Positions 1 through 10,696 of a stretch of DNA of 32,000 nt are shown here, piece after piece. The DNA is from a cyanobacterium endosymbiont of Braarudosphaera bigelowii (GTDB lineage: Bacteria > Cyanobacteriota > Cyanobacteriia > Cyanobacteriales > Microcystaceae): assembly GCF_020885515.1 (NCBI RefSeq), contig NZ_AP024987.1:1260001-1292000 (forward strand). Reading direction: 5' to 3'. Both the position numbers and the translations under genes were made by a program. The notes beneath the pieces are model-generated. The model was not told the origin of the DNA. It ran no database searches and was given only the letters and a program-made list of their open reading frames with translations. Within the stretch, counting starts at the first letter, position 1, and every line of letters begins with the position of its first letter.

Positions 1-257
1 TTTAAGAATAGTCGACTAGTTTTGAAAATATTTAGCTCTGAATTAATTTTTTTGAGATAGCTATCAATTTCTATCTTAAAATATGAAACAACACTGCTAC
101 CATAACTAGTATGATCTTGAGATATTATTTGTCCACCAAAATATTTATCTTCAATTTCTTTTACTTTTAAAGCCATTTTATAGGCACGGTCTAAAGATCT
201 CTCTGGAGTTGATGTCAGCCAATCAAAAGTTTTTTTAATCAAGAACTGAATTTTCAT
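1..257 (-). CDS. pxcA: Partial CDS: N-terminus of a PxcA/CemA-like proton extrusion protein (continues past the left edge)
   Basis: Manual reverse-strand translation gives ...FDWLTSTPERSLDRAYKMALKVKEIEDKYFGGQIISQDHTSYGSSVVSYFKIEIDSYLKKINSELNIFKTSRLFL, resembling the cyanobacterial PxcA N-terminus (TPERAL..AY..AL.IK.IED..F.G). The start at 257 and the frame through the poly-T near 231-238 need rechecking. Confidence 0.6.
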   Translation of the reverse strand, partial: MKIQFLIKKTFDWLTSTPERSLDRAYKMALKVKEIEDKYFGGQIISQDHTSYGSSVVSYFKIEIDSYLKKINSELNIFKTSRLFL

Positions 258-345
258 AGTAACTAGTGCTTATTTACAATGAGTAAAAAATTAAAGAATA
301 AAAATATTTTAGAAATGATTGTATGTTAACTAATTTAATTGAGGA

Positions 346-2460
346 ATGTTTGTGAAGTTAAACTCCTTATGGATTGAAGGAACTACTCGTACTGGCAAAA
401 CAACCCAATTAGTTAAGAAGTTTTTTTACTTAATTCAAGAGAGGGGAAATGGCCAAAGTTTAACCCCTATACAATCAATTACTCATAACCTTGCTTCATC
501 AGTATTAGTTTTATCTGCAAATGACGATAATCGTCGTAAATTGTTTGATAAACTTTCTTCTATAACTAAAGGTAAATATGCTATTCATTGTAAAACACCT
601 TTAGGATTCATGAGAGATGAATTAAAGTTATTTTGGCCTCTTCTATTTAAAAAACTAAAGCTAAAGGAAGAATTCCCTTTATTTTTAAGAACCGAAACTG
701 AACAAGCATTCGCCACTAAATTATGGAAACCATATTTAGAAAAGTATCAAATATTACTTACTAAGAATCATGAGTTTCGCTTTATTCGCCAAACTCTAGA
801 CTTATTGCAATTAGCAAGTGCTAGTGGGGTAATGGTTGAAGACATATCCTTTATATTAGAGTATGGCTTAAAAGAAGAATACTACTTTTTAAAAGAATTC
901 CATAGCTCTATCCATACTAAAAAAACTTTGCCAAAGTTACAGCAGAAATTAATTACACAATGGAAAGGATGGTGTTTTAGTCGTGGCATAATAACTTATG
1001 GACTTATCTATAACTTATATTGGCAGTATTTATTGCCTAACTCTCAATATAGAGATTTTTTAATTAACCGTTATCGTGGAATTTTTGCAGATGATATTGA
1101 TGACTATCCTGCTATAACTAAAGATTTATTTCAATTTTTTATAGATCATCAAAAATTTTGTGTTTTTACTTACAATCCATATGGACAAGTTAGATTAGGT
1201 CTAAGCGCTGACCCTAAGTACTTATGTCGTATAAAGCCTTATTGTAATACGATAATATTATCTACATATCCAAAACTTTTTGATATCAGCAATCAACTTA
1301 TCTTAGAACAAATAGATAATCCTTTATCTTCAAAAAAACTTCCTTACTTTTTCTCATCAATTAAAACTTCTTCAAGAGCCGAACTTCTTCAAAAAACAGC
1401 CAATTTTATAGTTAAGGCTATTGAAAATCATCAAGTTACTCCTAACGAAATTGCAATTATTGCACCTGGTTTAGATGAAATCGCACGTTACACTCTAATT
1501 GAGACCTTATCAACAGCTAATATTCCTGTTAGATTATTAAATGAACAACGTCCTCTGATAAGTTTCCCAATTATTCGTGCATTATTAACTCTTTTGGGAC
1601 TAGTTTTTCCTGGACTAGGACAATTTGTTGAAACACATGATATTGCGCAAATGCTCACTATATTAAGCTATGATTATGAAAATAATACAATGATAATTGA
1701 CCCTGTTAGATCAGGAATCTTAGCTGATAATTGTTTTTATATGGATAAACAACATCCTAAGCTATTACCGTTAGAGCAATATTCTAGGTGGGATAGGATG
1801 GGATACAATGCTGCTAAGGCTTATAAAAGGTTATATTCTTGGGTAAAAGAAACAAGATATGAAATAGAACAAAAACAACCTGCTAACCCTATAGAAGTTA
1901 TCGATTCAGCAATTAAAAAATTTATAGAATCTAGGTATCAATTACCTCATGAACAACTATTAGCTCTGAAAGAACTTACAGAAACTGCCCAACATTTTTG
2001 GGAAATAGATTACCGTTTACAAAAATATAATACAAATATAAAGTCTCTAACAAATAACTTAGTTGATTTTATTCAATTACTCAGAGAGGGCATAGTCACA
2101 GCTAATCCTAAACCTGAAGATTATTTTAGCAAAAAGACTGACTATGTAACTTTGACTACAATTTTTCAGTATCGTTCTTTAAGAAGTTCTCATAATTGTC
2201 ATTTATGGTTAGATATTTCGTCTCATTTATGGGAAACAGCTGGGGCATCAGTTTTATTTTATGCTCAGTTATTTTTAAGAGATCAATTAAGTAATTTAAA
2301 CAAGTCTGAAGAAAACAAAAAACGTTTAAAACGTATTTTAATGGATTTATTAGGCAGAGTAAATAATGAAGTAGTTTTATGTCATAGCGATTTAAACATT
2401 AAAGGGATATATCAGTCTGGTCCACTACTAACCTTTATGAATAACTCTAAAAAAAGATAA
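346..2460 (+). CDS. UvrD/Rep-like superfamily I helicase-related protein (cyanobacterial recombinase/helicase-like family)
   Basis: 704 aa ORF with a Walker A-like motif (EGTTRTGKTTQL), a Walker B-like FADDIDDYPAI, and a C-terminal VTLTTIFQ...VVLCHSDL segment resembling UvrD motifs V/VI. Confidence 0.65.
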   Translation: MFVKLNSLWIEGTTRTGKTTQLVKKFFYLIQERGNGQSLTPIQSITHNLASSVLVLSANDDNRRKLFDKLSSITKGKYAIHCKTPLGFMRDELKLFWPLLFKKLKLKEEFPLFLRTETEQAFATKLWKPYLEKYQILLTKNHEFRFIRQTLDLLQLASASGVMVEDISFILEYGLKEEYYFLKEFHSSIHTKKTLPKLQQKLITQWKGWCFSRGIITYGLIYNLYWQYLLPNSQYRDFLINRYRGIFADDIDDYPAITKDLFQFFIDHQKFCVFTYNPYGQVRLGLSADPKYLCRIKPYCNTIILSTYPKLFDISNQLILEQIDNPLSSKKLPYFFSSIKTSSRAELLQKTANFIVKAIENHQVTPNEIAIIAPGLDEIARYTLIETLSTANIPVRLLNEQRPLISFPIIRALLTLLGLVFPGLGQFVETHDIAQMLTILSYDYENNTMIIDPVRSGILADNCFYMDKQHPKLLPLEQYSRWDRMGYNAAKAYKRLYSWVKETRYEIEQKQPANPIEVIDSAIKKFIESRYQLPHEQLLALKELTETAQHFWEIDYRLQKYNTNIKSLTNNLVDFIQLLREGIVTANPKPEDYFSKKTDYVTLTTIFQYRSLRSSHNCHLWLDISSHLWETAGASVLFYAQLFLRDQLSNLNKSEENKKRLKRILMDLLGRVNNEVVLCHSDLNIKGIYQSGPLLTFMNNSKKR

Positions 2461-2507
2461 ACAATTTACAACTATTATTTTGGAATAGTACATGTTAACT
2501 ATTGGTA

Positions 2508-2541
2508 AAGCCCCTAGCTTTTAAATAACAGTTAGGGGCTT
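2508..2541 (-). terminator. Putative intrinsic terminator downstream of rpsU (possibly shared with the convergent helicase-like gene)
   Basis: AAGCCCCTAGC (2508-2518) pairs with GTTAGGGGCTT (2531-2541): 11 bp with one G-U, 12-nt loop. The minus-strand 3' side reads GGGGCTTTACC. Confidence 0.55.
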
Positions 2542-2610
2542 ATTAAGTTACTAAGCTAAGCTCAAACTATAAAAGCTCTACAATTCCTAAGATGCAATAT
2601 TTTATCAAGC

Positions 2611-2793
2611 TTAATGTTGGCGGGACCTTTGTCTTTGCCGAGTAGCTTCTTTACGTTTACGCTTTTCTTCTGGCGTTTCAAAAAATTGATGCTTTTTATA
2701 GTCTATATAAATTCCAGCTCTAGCAACCTGCCGTTTAAATCGACGTAATGTAGATTCAATGGGTTCGTTTTGACCAACGACTACTTGAGTCAT
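2611..2793 (-). CDS. rpsU: 30S ribosomal protein S21
   Basis: [60 protein letters not shown]. The ORF track starts 5 codons upstream (2808); AACACCTCC-type SD is just upstream of the MTQ region. Confidence 0.95.
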   Translation of the reverse strand: MTQVVVGQNEPIESTLRRFKRQVARAGIYIDYKKHQFFETPEEKRKRKEATRQRQRSRQH

Positions 2794-2933
2794 TATGAAA
2801 GTTAACACCTCCTTTTGTTTAATAAATAAGAATAATAAGTTAACTATCTTCTTTTATTAAAACTTATTCAAGTATATTATTTCAACCCTAGAATATATCT
2901 TTTTTATAAATTTAGACGAATAAGGTCGACAGT

Positions 2934-5114
2934 TTAGTTAATAATATCAATTGTTTGAATTAGCCAACGATCATTTTTGCGAAGTAAAGTATAACGTACT
3001 TTTAAAATATCATCGTAGGCATAATTGATATTACCCTGATGGTAATATTGGGCAGTTTCTTTGATATCAGCTTCACCAATAACTTGATATAATTTATTCT
3101 GATTAGGCTTCAGATGGTTAACCTTGATTTCATGTTGATAAACCCAATAATCTTGGTTTTGCTTCAATTTTTGTGCATGATTACGCCATTTTGAAAGTAA
3201 AGGATCAGCTAGAATATTATTTAATGAACTAATATCATGATCTTTCCCAAAAGCTTTAGATTTACTTAGTAACCATGTTTTTATTGATTGGTGAAAACCT
3301 TCAGATGTCAATATACCTGTTGTGCTAACCATTTGTGTATTAGCTAAGGGTATATTTATTAGCGGTTTAATAAGAGATACTCTATATTGATTTTTCTCTA
3401 AAGTAAATAATGGAGAATTAATCTGATATGCTAAAAGTAAGCAAATACCTGTTACACTCGCACTGCCAAGAATAGTTAACGTATTTCTTTTCGATCTCGA
3501 AAAATAGTAACAACTTTTAATATAATTGACTCTCAATAGTATTTTTAAAAGTTGAGTAGTATACAAAGAACTCTTATTAAATTGAACTTTAATATTCTTT
3601 TTAGTAAAGCTTTGCACTAAATTTTTAATATTTGTTATTGAAGTCTTTTCAGTTTCTAAATATGGAAAAAGAGAAGGATTTTTTGTGGATAGAGAGTGAG
3701 AAATTGAGTCTAGACTAACTGGTTGCAACTTTTGTAGATTTTGTCTGTAGTTATAATATTGACGGCTTTCCGTAAAGGTATCAATGATGGGAAAAGTTGA
3801 ATAATTTCTTCTTCGATTGGACTTTTCATGAACATCCACACAAAAATTATCTAAATAGGCTCGAACCTTTTTATTAAGATAATACTCTTTTAAAGAAAAT
3901 GATGATTCTTTTAAGTCTCTAAAATAATTAGAAACTTCTGTTTTTAACCATATTTCAGTATAAAGACATAAACCAGGTAGTAAATCAGGAGAACCTTGAG
4001 AATTTAATCTAATAAAATTTAAGATTGGCTGATTGTCTACTTTATTTAATAAGATTTTTTCAGCTAACTGGGTTTGTCCTAACAATAAAGCAACAATAGT
4101 TTGTTCTATAGAGACTTTCTTGTGAGATTCTAAGTTTTCAAGTATTGTTTGAGCTTCTAAAATTAGGTAAGGTTCTTTCTCAAAAAAACCAAGGGCTATT
4201 AAGATATTTACTTTTAAATAGGATGTTACAAGAGAAGAAGAATATTTATAAGTGTCTACAAAAATTTGTTTCTGTTCATTAATAGTTAAATGAATTCTCA
4301 TTTGCTGGAGAAAACTTAAAAAGTCATTAGTTTTAAGATTAAAATAACTTTTTGTTTGTTCATTAACTTCATATTTATTTTCAAGCATAGTTCCTAATAG
4401 ATCAATTCCTTTTTGTCTTAGAGATTGACAATGTATAGGATGAGCTAACAATTCTAAGATACGATAAGGTCTTAATTTATCAAGTTCCGAATAAATTTCT
4501 TTTTGTATAGACAAAAAAAGTTGATTTGTTTCTAAAAAAGTTAATCCTTTTAATCCAGCAGCAGCAGCTTTTTCATATGTCTTATCATGCCAAAGCTGTC
4601 GAGCAATTTCTAAATAAGCTGAAGAAATACTCAAAACTATATCCATTTGAGACGTTGTTAAACTTTTGTCACTTATAAGTTTTGGATAAGAATCAAATAA
4701 CAATTTAAGATAATTTTCTCCATATTGTATGACTAATTCATATTCGCTTAATTCATATAGTATTAAAAGGGCTCCAGAAAGATGATTTTCATGGATTTTA
4801 ATGCTTGAGCTTTCATATATAGACTGTTGTTCTTGATTAACTATGTCTGACTTTTTATTATCAAACATAGAATCTTTATTAGCGCTAGAGAAGACTTCTT
4901 TTAAGAAACTTGACTCATAGTCGGTTTTTGTAACTGGATTAGATAAAACGTGGAAAGCTTCATTTAATAGATTTATACGTTTTTGAATTACATCTTCACT
5001 ATATTCATGGTGAGGAAGTTGTATAATTTTATCTTGATAAGCTCGATGAAGTTGTTCATCTACTGTATTCGGAGAAACTCCTAATATTCTGTAATAGTCT
5101 AAGGGTATACGCAC
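2934..5114 (-). CDS. ftn2: Ftn2/ZipN (ARC6 homologue) cell division protein with N-terminal J-like domain and C-terminal IMS domain
   Basis: N-terminus MRIPLDYYRILGVSPNTVDEQLHRAYQDKIIQLPHHEYSEDVIQKRINLLNEAFHVLSNPVTKTDYES; C-terminus VNHLKPNQNKLYQVIGEADIKETAQYYHQG...YTLLRKNDRWLIQTI. Confidence 0.9.
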   Translation of the reverse strand: MRIPLDYYRILGVSPNTVDEQLHRAYQDKIIQLPHHEYSEDVIQKRINLLNEAFHVLSNPVTKTDYESSFLKEVFSSANKDSMFDNKKSDIVNQEQQSIYESSSIKIHENHLSGALLILYELSEYELVIQYGENYLKLLFDSYPKLISDKSLTTSQMDIVLSISSAYLEIARQLWHDKTYEKAAAAGLKGLTFLETNQLFLSIQKEIYSELDKLRPYRILELLAHPIHCQSLRQKGIDLLGTMLENKYEVNEQTKSYFNLKTNDFLSFLQQMRIHLTINEQKQIFVDTYKYSSSLVTSYLKVNILIALGFFEKEPYLILEAQTILENLESHKKVSIEQTIVALLLGQTQLAEKILLNKVDNQPILNFIRLNSQGSPDLLPGLCLYTEIWLKTEVSNYFRDLKESSFSLKEYYLNKKVRAYLDNFCVDVHEKSNRRRNYSTFPIIDTFTESRQYYNYRQNLQKLQPVSLDSISHSLSTKNPSLFPYLETEKTSITNIKNLVQSFTKKNIKVQFNKSSLYTTQLLKILLRVNYIKSCYYFSRSKRNTLTILGSASVTGICLLLAYQINSPLFTLEKNQYRVSLIKPLINIPLANTQMVSTTGILTSEGFHQSIKTWLLSKSKAFGKDHDISSLNNILADPLLSKWRNHAQKLKQNQDYWVYQHEIKVNHLKPNQNKLYQVIGEADIKETAQYYHQGNINYAYDDILKVRYTLLRKNDRWLIQTIDIIN

Positions 5115-5466
5115 GTTTGATTTCCTCGAATCAAAGTAGTCGAAATTTATACTTAATAGTTAAGTATAAATATAGTTAACAAAATCCCTATTAAAAAATG
5201 TCGTTCTTTTTCAAATTTGTTATAGCTATTCAAGTATAGTGAGAGTTTTAAAATTGTAACCATAATATGAGCTCTTCAAATATGGTAATTATATCTACAT
5301 AACATTAAAATATCTGTTTAGTTTAAACTATGACCAAATAGAATATATCTATTTTTCAGTTATATTAAGATAACTTATCTTGATATAACTATAACAATAT
5401 TCCCAGTTCTCGTTTTTTATAATTCGATTTTTTCTCTGTCCTGTTATTAAATTTATTTTAGTTATT

Positions 5467-6498
5467 ATGAGCTCTGAACGTATTCTACCTACATTTGATA
5501 TGAGATCTATCCATTTAACTAAAGATGAAGGATTAATCCTCTATGAAGATATGCTCCTAGGTCGCTTATTTGAAGATAAATGTGCTGAAATGTACTATAG
5601 GGGAAAAATGTTTGGATTTGTTCACCTATACAATGGTCAAGAAGCTATTTCCACAGGTATCATTAAAGCTTTACGTCCTAGTGAAGATTATATTGCCAGT
5701 ACATATAGAGATCACGTGCATGCCTTAAGTTCTGGTATTTCTCCTCGTAAGATTATGGCAGAACTATTTGGTAAAGAAACAGGATGTAGCAAGGGTAGAG
5801 GAGGATCAATGCATCTATTCTCAAGAAAACATCGTTTCTTAGGAGGATATGCTTTCGTTGCGGAAGGTATTCCTGTCGCTACAGGAGCTGCATTCCAGAG
5901 CAAATATCGTCGTCAAGTTATGAATGATAATAATTCTGATCAGGTAACAGCTTGTTTTTTTGGAGATGGTGCAAGTAATAATGGCCAATTTTTTGAATGT
6001 TTAAATATGGCTGCGCTTTGGAAGTTACCAATTATTTATATAGTAGAAAATAATAAATGGGCCATTGGAATGTCTCATGATCGAGCCACTTCGCAACCAG
6101 AAATTTATAAGAAAGCAGCTGTCTTTAACATGGTAGGAGTAGAAGTAGATGGAATGGATGTTTTAGCGGTAAGGCAAGTGGCAAAAGAAGCTATTGCCCG
6201 TGCCCGTGCAGGGGAAGGGCCTACATTGATTGAAGCTTTGACTTACCGTTTTCGAGGGCATTCTTTAGCTGATCCAGATGAGTTAAGAAAGTCAGACGAG
6301 AAAAAGTTTTGGGAACAGAAGGATCCTATTCAAAAACTCAGTAATTATCTGATTAGTCAAAATATAGCTAATCAAGCTGAATTAGATGCTATTCAAAAGA
6401 AAGTTAAAGAAGTTATTGATGATGCAGTAGAGTTCGCTGAGCAAAGTCCTGAACCAAAAGCTAATGAACTCTATCGTTATGTTTTTGTTGAAGATTAA
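5467..6498 (+). CDS. pdhA: Pyruvate dehydrogenase E1 component, alpha subunit
   Basis: 343 aa. TPP-binding segment [37 protein letters not shown], plus [16 protein letters not shown] and [15 protein letters not shown]. Confidence 0.96.
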   Translation: MSSERILPTFDMRSIHLTKDEGLILYEDMLLGRLFEDKCAEMYYRGKMFGFVHLYNGQEAISTGIIKALRPSEDYIASTYRDHVHALSSGISPRKIMAELFGKETGCSKGRGGSMHLFSRKHRFLGGYAFVAEGIPVATGAAFQSKYRRQVMNDNNSDQVTACFFGDGASNNGQFFECLNMAALWKLPIIYIVENNKWAIGMSHDRATSQPEIYKKAAVFNMVGVEVDGMDVLAVRQVAKEAIARARAGEGPTLIEALTYRFRGHSLADPDELRKSDEKKFWEQKDPIQKLSNYLISQNIANQAELDAIQKKVKEVIDDAVEFAEQSPEPKANELYRYVFVED

Positions 6499-6913
6499 AA
6501 TAAATTCTAGATATTAGATTAAGTATCTCTTTTTAAATTAGTAGCCAAATGTTAAAAATTAACTGTGAAAAAACTCTAAATTTAGTAAATATGTTTTGTA
6601 AATGTTCATTCAACTATATAGTTTTAAGATAGAAATTTAGAAAATTAGTTTACTAACATATTAAGTGAGATATTAGTATTTTTAAAAAAATAACTAAATT
6701 TAGATTCTATTTTTTAGAAGTAATACTAAATAATTAGCAAATTCTCATTTATTTAAAAAAAAGAAATAATCCTATATTTAATTAACTGTATGTAGCAGAA
6801 TATTTCTTAGTACTTCTCTGAAATTTTCTTTAATCATTGAAAATAAATCAAGAAACTCTTTAGACTCTGATAAGATTCATCAAAATTACAAACTGAAACT
6901 TATATTTAACAAA

Positions 6914-7453
6914 ATGCTTACTTTTATAAATTTTCCGAATTATATACAATGGTCTCTAATGGCTACTATCATCCTACTCTTAGTTGTAATTTTGTCTTTC
7001 ATGCTAAGTTGGAAAAATCGTTTCCGGCTAGTTGGAATTCTAGGATTTGTAATAGTTCTAACTGTAGGACTTTTTGGATTAAAAATAGGCTTGCTAAACT
7101 ATAATAAAACGACTACGTCAGTATCTTTATCTCGTGTATATGATAATGCTGGTGATCAAATAGTAATTTCCGTTAAACCTTCTATTACTAAAATAAAGTT
7201 ATTAGAGACCTTAAGACAAGCAGCTCAAAATTATTTCGTTTATGGAAGATCTATGGGAAAAGATAATAAATTAACGATAAGGGCACGAGTTCTTCTACAT
7301 ATAAATGAAAAAGAAGATCTTCCTTTATATCTTGGAAAAGCTGAGGAAGTATTAAATTTTCAAAGCTATGATGACTCAAAGATAAATATTGAAGTCTACA
7401 AGGATGCACTAAAAACTTTATCTGAATATCAAAGAAATATGAATTTATCTTAA
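6914..7453 (+). CDS. Ycf51-like membrane protein
   Basis: 179 aa with two N-terminal TM segments and the Ycf51-type start YIQWSLMATIILLLVVILSFMLSWKNRFRLVGILGFVIVLTVGLFGL. Confidence 0.75.
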   Translation: MLTFINFPNYIQWSLMATIILLLVVILSFMLSWKNRFRLVGILGFVIVLTVGLFGLKIGLLNYNKTTTSVSLSRVYDNAGDQIVISVKPSITKIKLLETLRQAAQNYFVYGRSMGKDNKLTIRARVLLHINEKEDLPLYLGKAEEVLNFQSYDDSKINIEVYKDALKTLSEYQRNMNLS

Positions 7454-7551
7454 ATGTATATTTAAGTAAGAAAAAATATCATGAATGGTATTCATACAAG
7501 TATATTCTCTAGCTTTTACTAAATACTATTATTATTTAATGGTTATACCTT

Positions 7552-8178
7552 ATGAAAAAAGACCTACTTTGGAGTCATCCTATTACCAATAAAAGCTTTG
7601 CAATCATTGATCAAGAAATAGGTCAGCATAAGTTTGAACCATTGGAATATAAAGTTGCTCGTCGTGTTATTCACTCTACAGCTGATTTTGATCTTATTAA
7701 TTCCTTAGTTTTCAGTCCAGGTGCAATTATAAATGGTATCAATGCAATTAAAAAACAGACTACCATAGTGACAGATGTCACTATGGTAAGACAAGGAGTT
7801 TTTGGCTTAGTTGGTAAAACCTTTAAAAATTTGGTTGTTACTTCAGTTAATCAGGCTTCAAGTCCTAATCCTGGCAAAACTCTTACAGAGACAGGGTTGT
7901 TAAAATGCTGTAGTCAATACCCTACAGGAATTTATGTAATAGGTAATGCTCCAACTGCATTGCTAACCCTATGTCAGCAGATTATTTTAAACAAGATACA
8001 ACCAAGTCTTATTATTGCTGCACCAGTAGGGTTTGTATCTGTTTTAGAAGCTAAACAGGCTTTAAAAAGAGTAAATATCCCAAAAATTTTTATAAAGGGA
8101 CGCAAAGGTGGTTCTCCTATTGCAGCTTCTATATTGAATGCTTTAGTTGTTTTGGCCTACGAAAACGAGATAGTATAG
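7552..8178 (+). CDS. cobH: Precorrin-8X methylmutase (precorrin isomerase)
   Basis: VARRVIHSTADFDL, VTDVTMVRQGVF, CCSQYPTGIYVIGNAPTALL and IIAAPVGFVSVLEAK motifs. Confidence 0.94.
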   Translation: MKKDLLWSHPITNKSFAIIDQEIGQHKFEPLEYKVARRVIHSTADFDLINSLVFSPGAIINGINAIKKQTTIVTDVTMVRQGVFGLVGKTFKNLVVTSVNQASSPNPGKTLTETGLLKCCSQYPTGIYVIGNAPTALLTLCQQIILNKIQPSLIIAAPVGFVSVLEAKQALKRVNIPKIFIKGRKGGSPIAASILNALVVLAYENEIV

Positions 8179-8212
8179 CTTATAGTTAAACTTTTTGAAT
8201 ATCATAATAATA

Positions 8213-9460
8213 ATGATTAGGGTTGTAGGAATTGGATTAAATGGGAAAGATAGCTTAACGACAGAAGTTAAAAGCATCGTAATAAATACTTCTATCTTGA
8301 TAGGCAGCCAGCGACATCTTAAATATTTTTCTGACTATTCTGGGACTACAATCGCTTTAGAAAATTTTATTAAAGATATAAAAGTTTTAAAAAAACTCAG
8401 TAAAGATAATAAATCTATCGTTGTTTTAGTTAGTGGAGATCCCCTCTTTTTTGGCCTAGGACGTCTACTATTACAAGAGATCAATAAAAAAGATTTAGAA
8501 TTTTATCCAAATCTGACATCAATTCAGCTAGCATTTAGTTATATAAAAGTTCCTTGGCATGATGCCCAACTTATTAGTATTCATGGTCGCAATTTAGATG
8601 AATTAATTCTTAGTTTTAAAAAAGGGAAGCAGAAAATTGCTATTCTTACTGACAACTATAATAGTCCACAAATAATTGCCAGTATTTATTTAAGCTTAAG
8701 CCTTCTTAAAAGCTATGATGTTTGGGTATGTGAGAATTTAGGTAGAGTTGATCAAAAAATTAATTGTTTTTCACCTCAAAAACTAGCTGATCTTAAACAG
8801 TATGAATTTTCCTCTTTAAATATTGTTATTTTTCTAGAAAATAACAATATTGCTTTAAACACACAAGAATACGCGCAATTACCTGTCCTAGGTATTAGAG
8901 ATGAGCATTTCTTAACGTTTAAAGATCGTCCAGGACTTATGACAAAACGCGAAGTCCGAATAGCTATATTAGGAGAATTAAGTTTACAACCAAAACAAGT
9001 TATTTGGGACATAGGTGCAGGAACAGGTTCAGTTTCTATAGAAATATCTCGTTTGTCAAATACATCAAAAGTTTATGCGATTGAAAAAACTGCAGTAGGT
9101 ATTAATATAATTACTAAAAATTGTAAAAGATTTCGAACTTATAACGTAGTTCCTTTCGCATTAACTAATCTCCAAGAGTTATATGAACTTCCCAGTCCTG
9201 ATAGGATCTTTATAGGAGGTAGCGGAGGAAAATTGATTGAAATTTTAGAAATTTGTCAACAAAAATTAAAGGAAAACGGCATTATAACTATTTCTTTGGC
9301 AACCGTAGAAAATTTAGGAATGAGTATAAATTGGTTAAAGAATAATTCCTGGAACTATACTCTTCTGAGTATTCAGCTGTCCAGATCTCTAGCTATCGCT
9401 AATTTAACTCGTTTATACCCAATAAATCCAGTTTTTTTGTTGAGAGCTAACCGTAGATAA
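8213..9460 (+). CDS. cobL: Bifunctional precorrin-6Y C5,15-methyltransferase (decarboxylating), CbiE-CbiT fusion
   Basis: MIRVVGIGLNGKDSLT and VSGDPLFFGLGRLLL (CbiE part); RPGLMTKREVRIAILGELSLQPKQVIWDIGAGTGSVSIEISR (CbiT part). The ORF track uses a TTG at 8195; ATG at 8213 is the more natural start. Confidence 0.93.
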   Translation: MIRVVGIGLNGKDSLTTEVKSIVINTSILIGSQRHLKYFSDYSGTTIALENFIKDIKVLKKLSKDNKSIVVLVSGDPLFFGLGRLLLQEINKKDLEFYPNLTSIQLAFSYIKVPWHDAQLISIHGRNLDELILSFKKGKQKIAILTDNYNSPQIIASIYLSLSLLKSYDVWVCENLGRVDQKINCFSPQKLADLKQYEFSSLNIVIFLENNNIALNTQEYAQLPVLGIRDEHFLTFKDRPGLMTKREVRIAILGELSLQPKQVIWDIGAGTGSVSIEISRLSNTSKVYAIEKTAVGINIITKNCKRFRTYNVVPFALTNLQELYELPSPDRIFIGGSGGKLIEILEICQQKLKENGIITISLATVENLGMSINWLKNNSWNYTLLSIQLSRSLAIANLTRLYPINPVFLLRANRR

Positions 9461-9794
9461 AAGTAGTAGTTAAAATTTTTCCTTATGTTACTTTTTTGTT
9501 TGCTGATAATCATACCTTATTTCTAATAACAACAATAATTACATAATAGATAACTAATTAAAAATATATTGAAGAAATCTTATATTTCTTAATAATGGAT
9601 AAATTCTAATTGTTTTATCAGTAAATTGACTATTTTTAAAGTATTATTCAAAATGACAAAGAAGCTTTAATATTTATATCATTAATTCAAATCAAATTAT
9701 CTTAGTAAAAAATTCAAAATATTGCTATTAGTTCACATTTAATGTAGTGTCGATAGTTGTTTATATTATCAACTAAGAGTTGATCGAAATCTGT

Positions 9795-10340
9795 ATGAGA
9801 CAAAATGGTGTAACTGTTTGGTTAACAGGATTAAGCGGAGCTGGGAAATCTACTATTTCTGACGCCTTAGAAAAAAAATTAAAAAGTTTTGGCTATTCAC
9901 TGGAGATATTAGATGGTGATGTAGTAAGAACTAATTTAACAAAAGGACTGGGATTTTCCAAAGAAGATCGAGATACTAATGTTCGTCGTATTGGTTTTGT
10001 CTGTCAATTATTAACACGTAATAATGTAATAGTTTTGGTTGCCGCTATTTCACCATATAGAAATATTCGTAATGAAATTAGAGAGAAAATTGGAAATTTT
10101 GTTGAAGTATTTATTAATGCACCATTAACAATCTGTGAAACTAGAGATGTAAAAGGACTATATAAAAAAGCTAGAGCTGGTGAAATTAAATCATTTACCG
10201 GAATTGATGATCCTTATGAAGCTCCTTTAAAACCTGAAGTAGATTGTCGCACAGATGTTGAAACACTTGAAGAAAGTGTTGATAAAATTTTGAAGAAGCT
10301 CGAAGAAATGAACTATATAGAAATACCTAGTATAGAATAG
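9795..10340 (+). CDS. cysC: Adenylylsulfate (APS) kinase
   Basis: VTVWLTGLSGAGKSTISDALE, LEILDGDVVRTNLTKGLGFSKEDRDTNVRRIGFV, YKKARAGEIKSFTGIDDPYEAP. Alternative start at 9780. Confidence 0.95.
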   Translation: MRQNGVTVWLTGLSGAGKSTISDALEKKLKSFGYSLEILDGDVVRTNLTKGLGFSKEDRDTNVRRIGFVCQLLTRNNVIVLVAAISPYRNIRNEIREKIGNFVEVFINAPLTICETRDVKGLYKKARAGEIKSFTGIDDPYEAPLKPEVDCRTDVETLEESVDKILKKLEEMNYIEIPSIE

Positions 10341-10696
10341 CAGTTTTAAGAGAATTATTAGAACAAATTATATTGAATGTATTTTTTATTTATCATTAAT
10401 CTTAATTTTTTAGAGATGATAAACTATTTCCTAGATGCTATATTATTTAATAATATATAGGAATTTTTTAGCAATTAAATTCAGACATATATAGTTTCAC
10501 AATTACTTATTAATCATTGTTTTTATCCCTTATTTCTTATGAAAATAAGTAAGACTATATCAAAGAGATATTGTTTATGAAATTTAAGCAATGATTAAAT
10601 TTTTTCTACAAATATTAGAAATTAATATGATTGATCTTACATTAGCTTTTTGATAAAGATTATAATTATCAAATATAAAATGTCAGGAGAGTAAGA

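Noticed and set aside
5712-5903. Minus-strand 63-aa ORF inside pdhA
   Set aside because: Fully antisense to the strongly conserved pdhA coding sequence; no recognisable protein.
8776-9012. Minus-strand 78-aa ORF inside cobL
   Set aside because: Antisense shadow ORF within a conserved gene.
10341-10696. Gap between cysC and the pspA-like gene as a site for a hidden gene or ncRNA
   Set aside because: It is AT-rich with many stops in all frames I checked, and no strong hairpin plus T-tract stood out.
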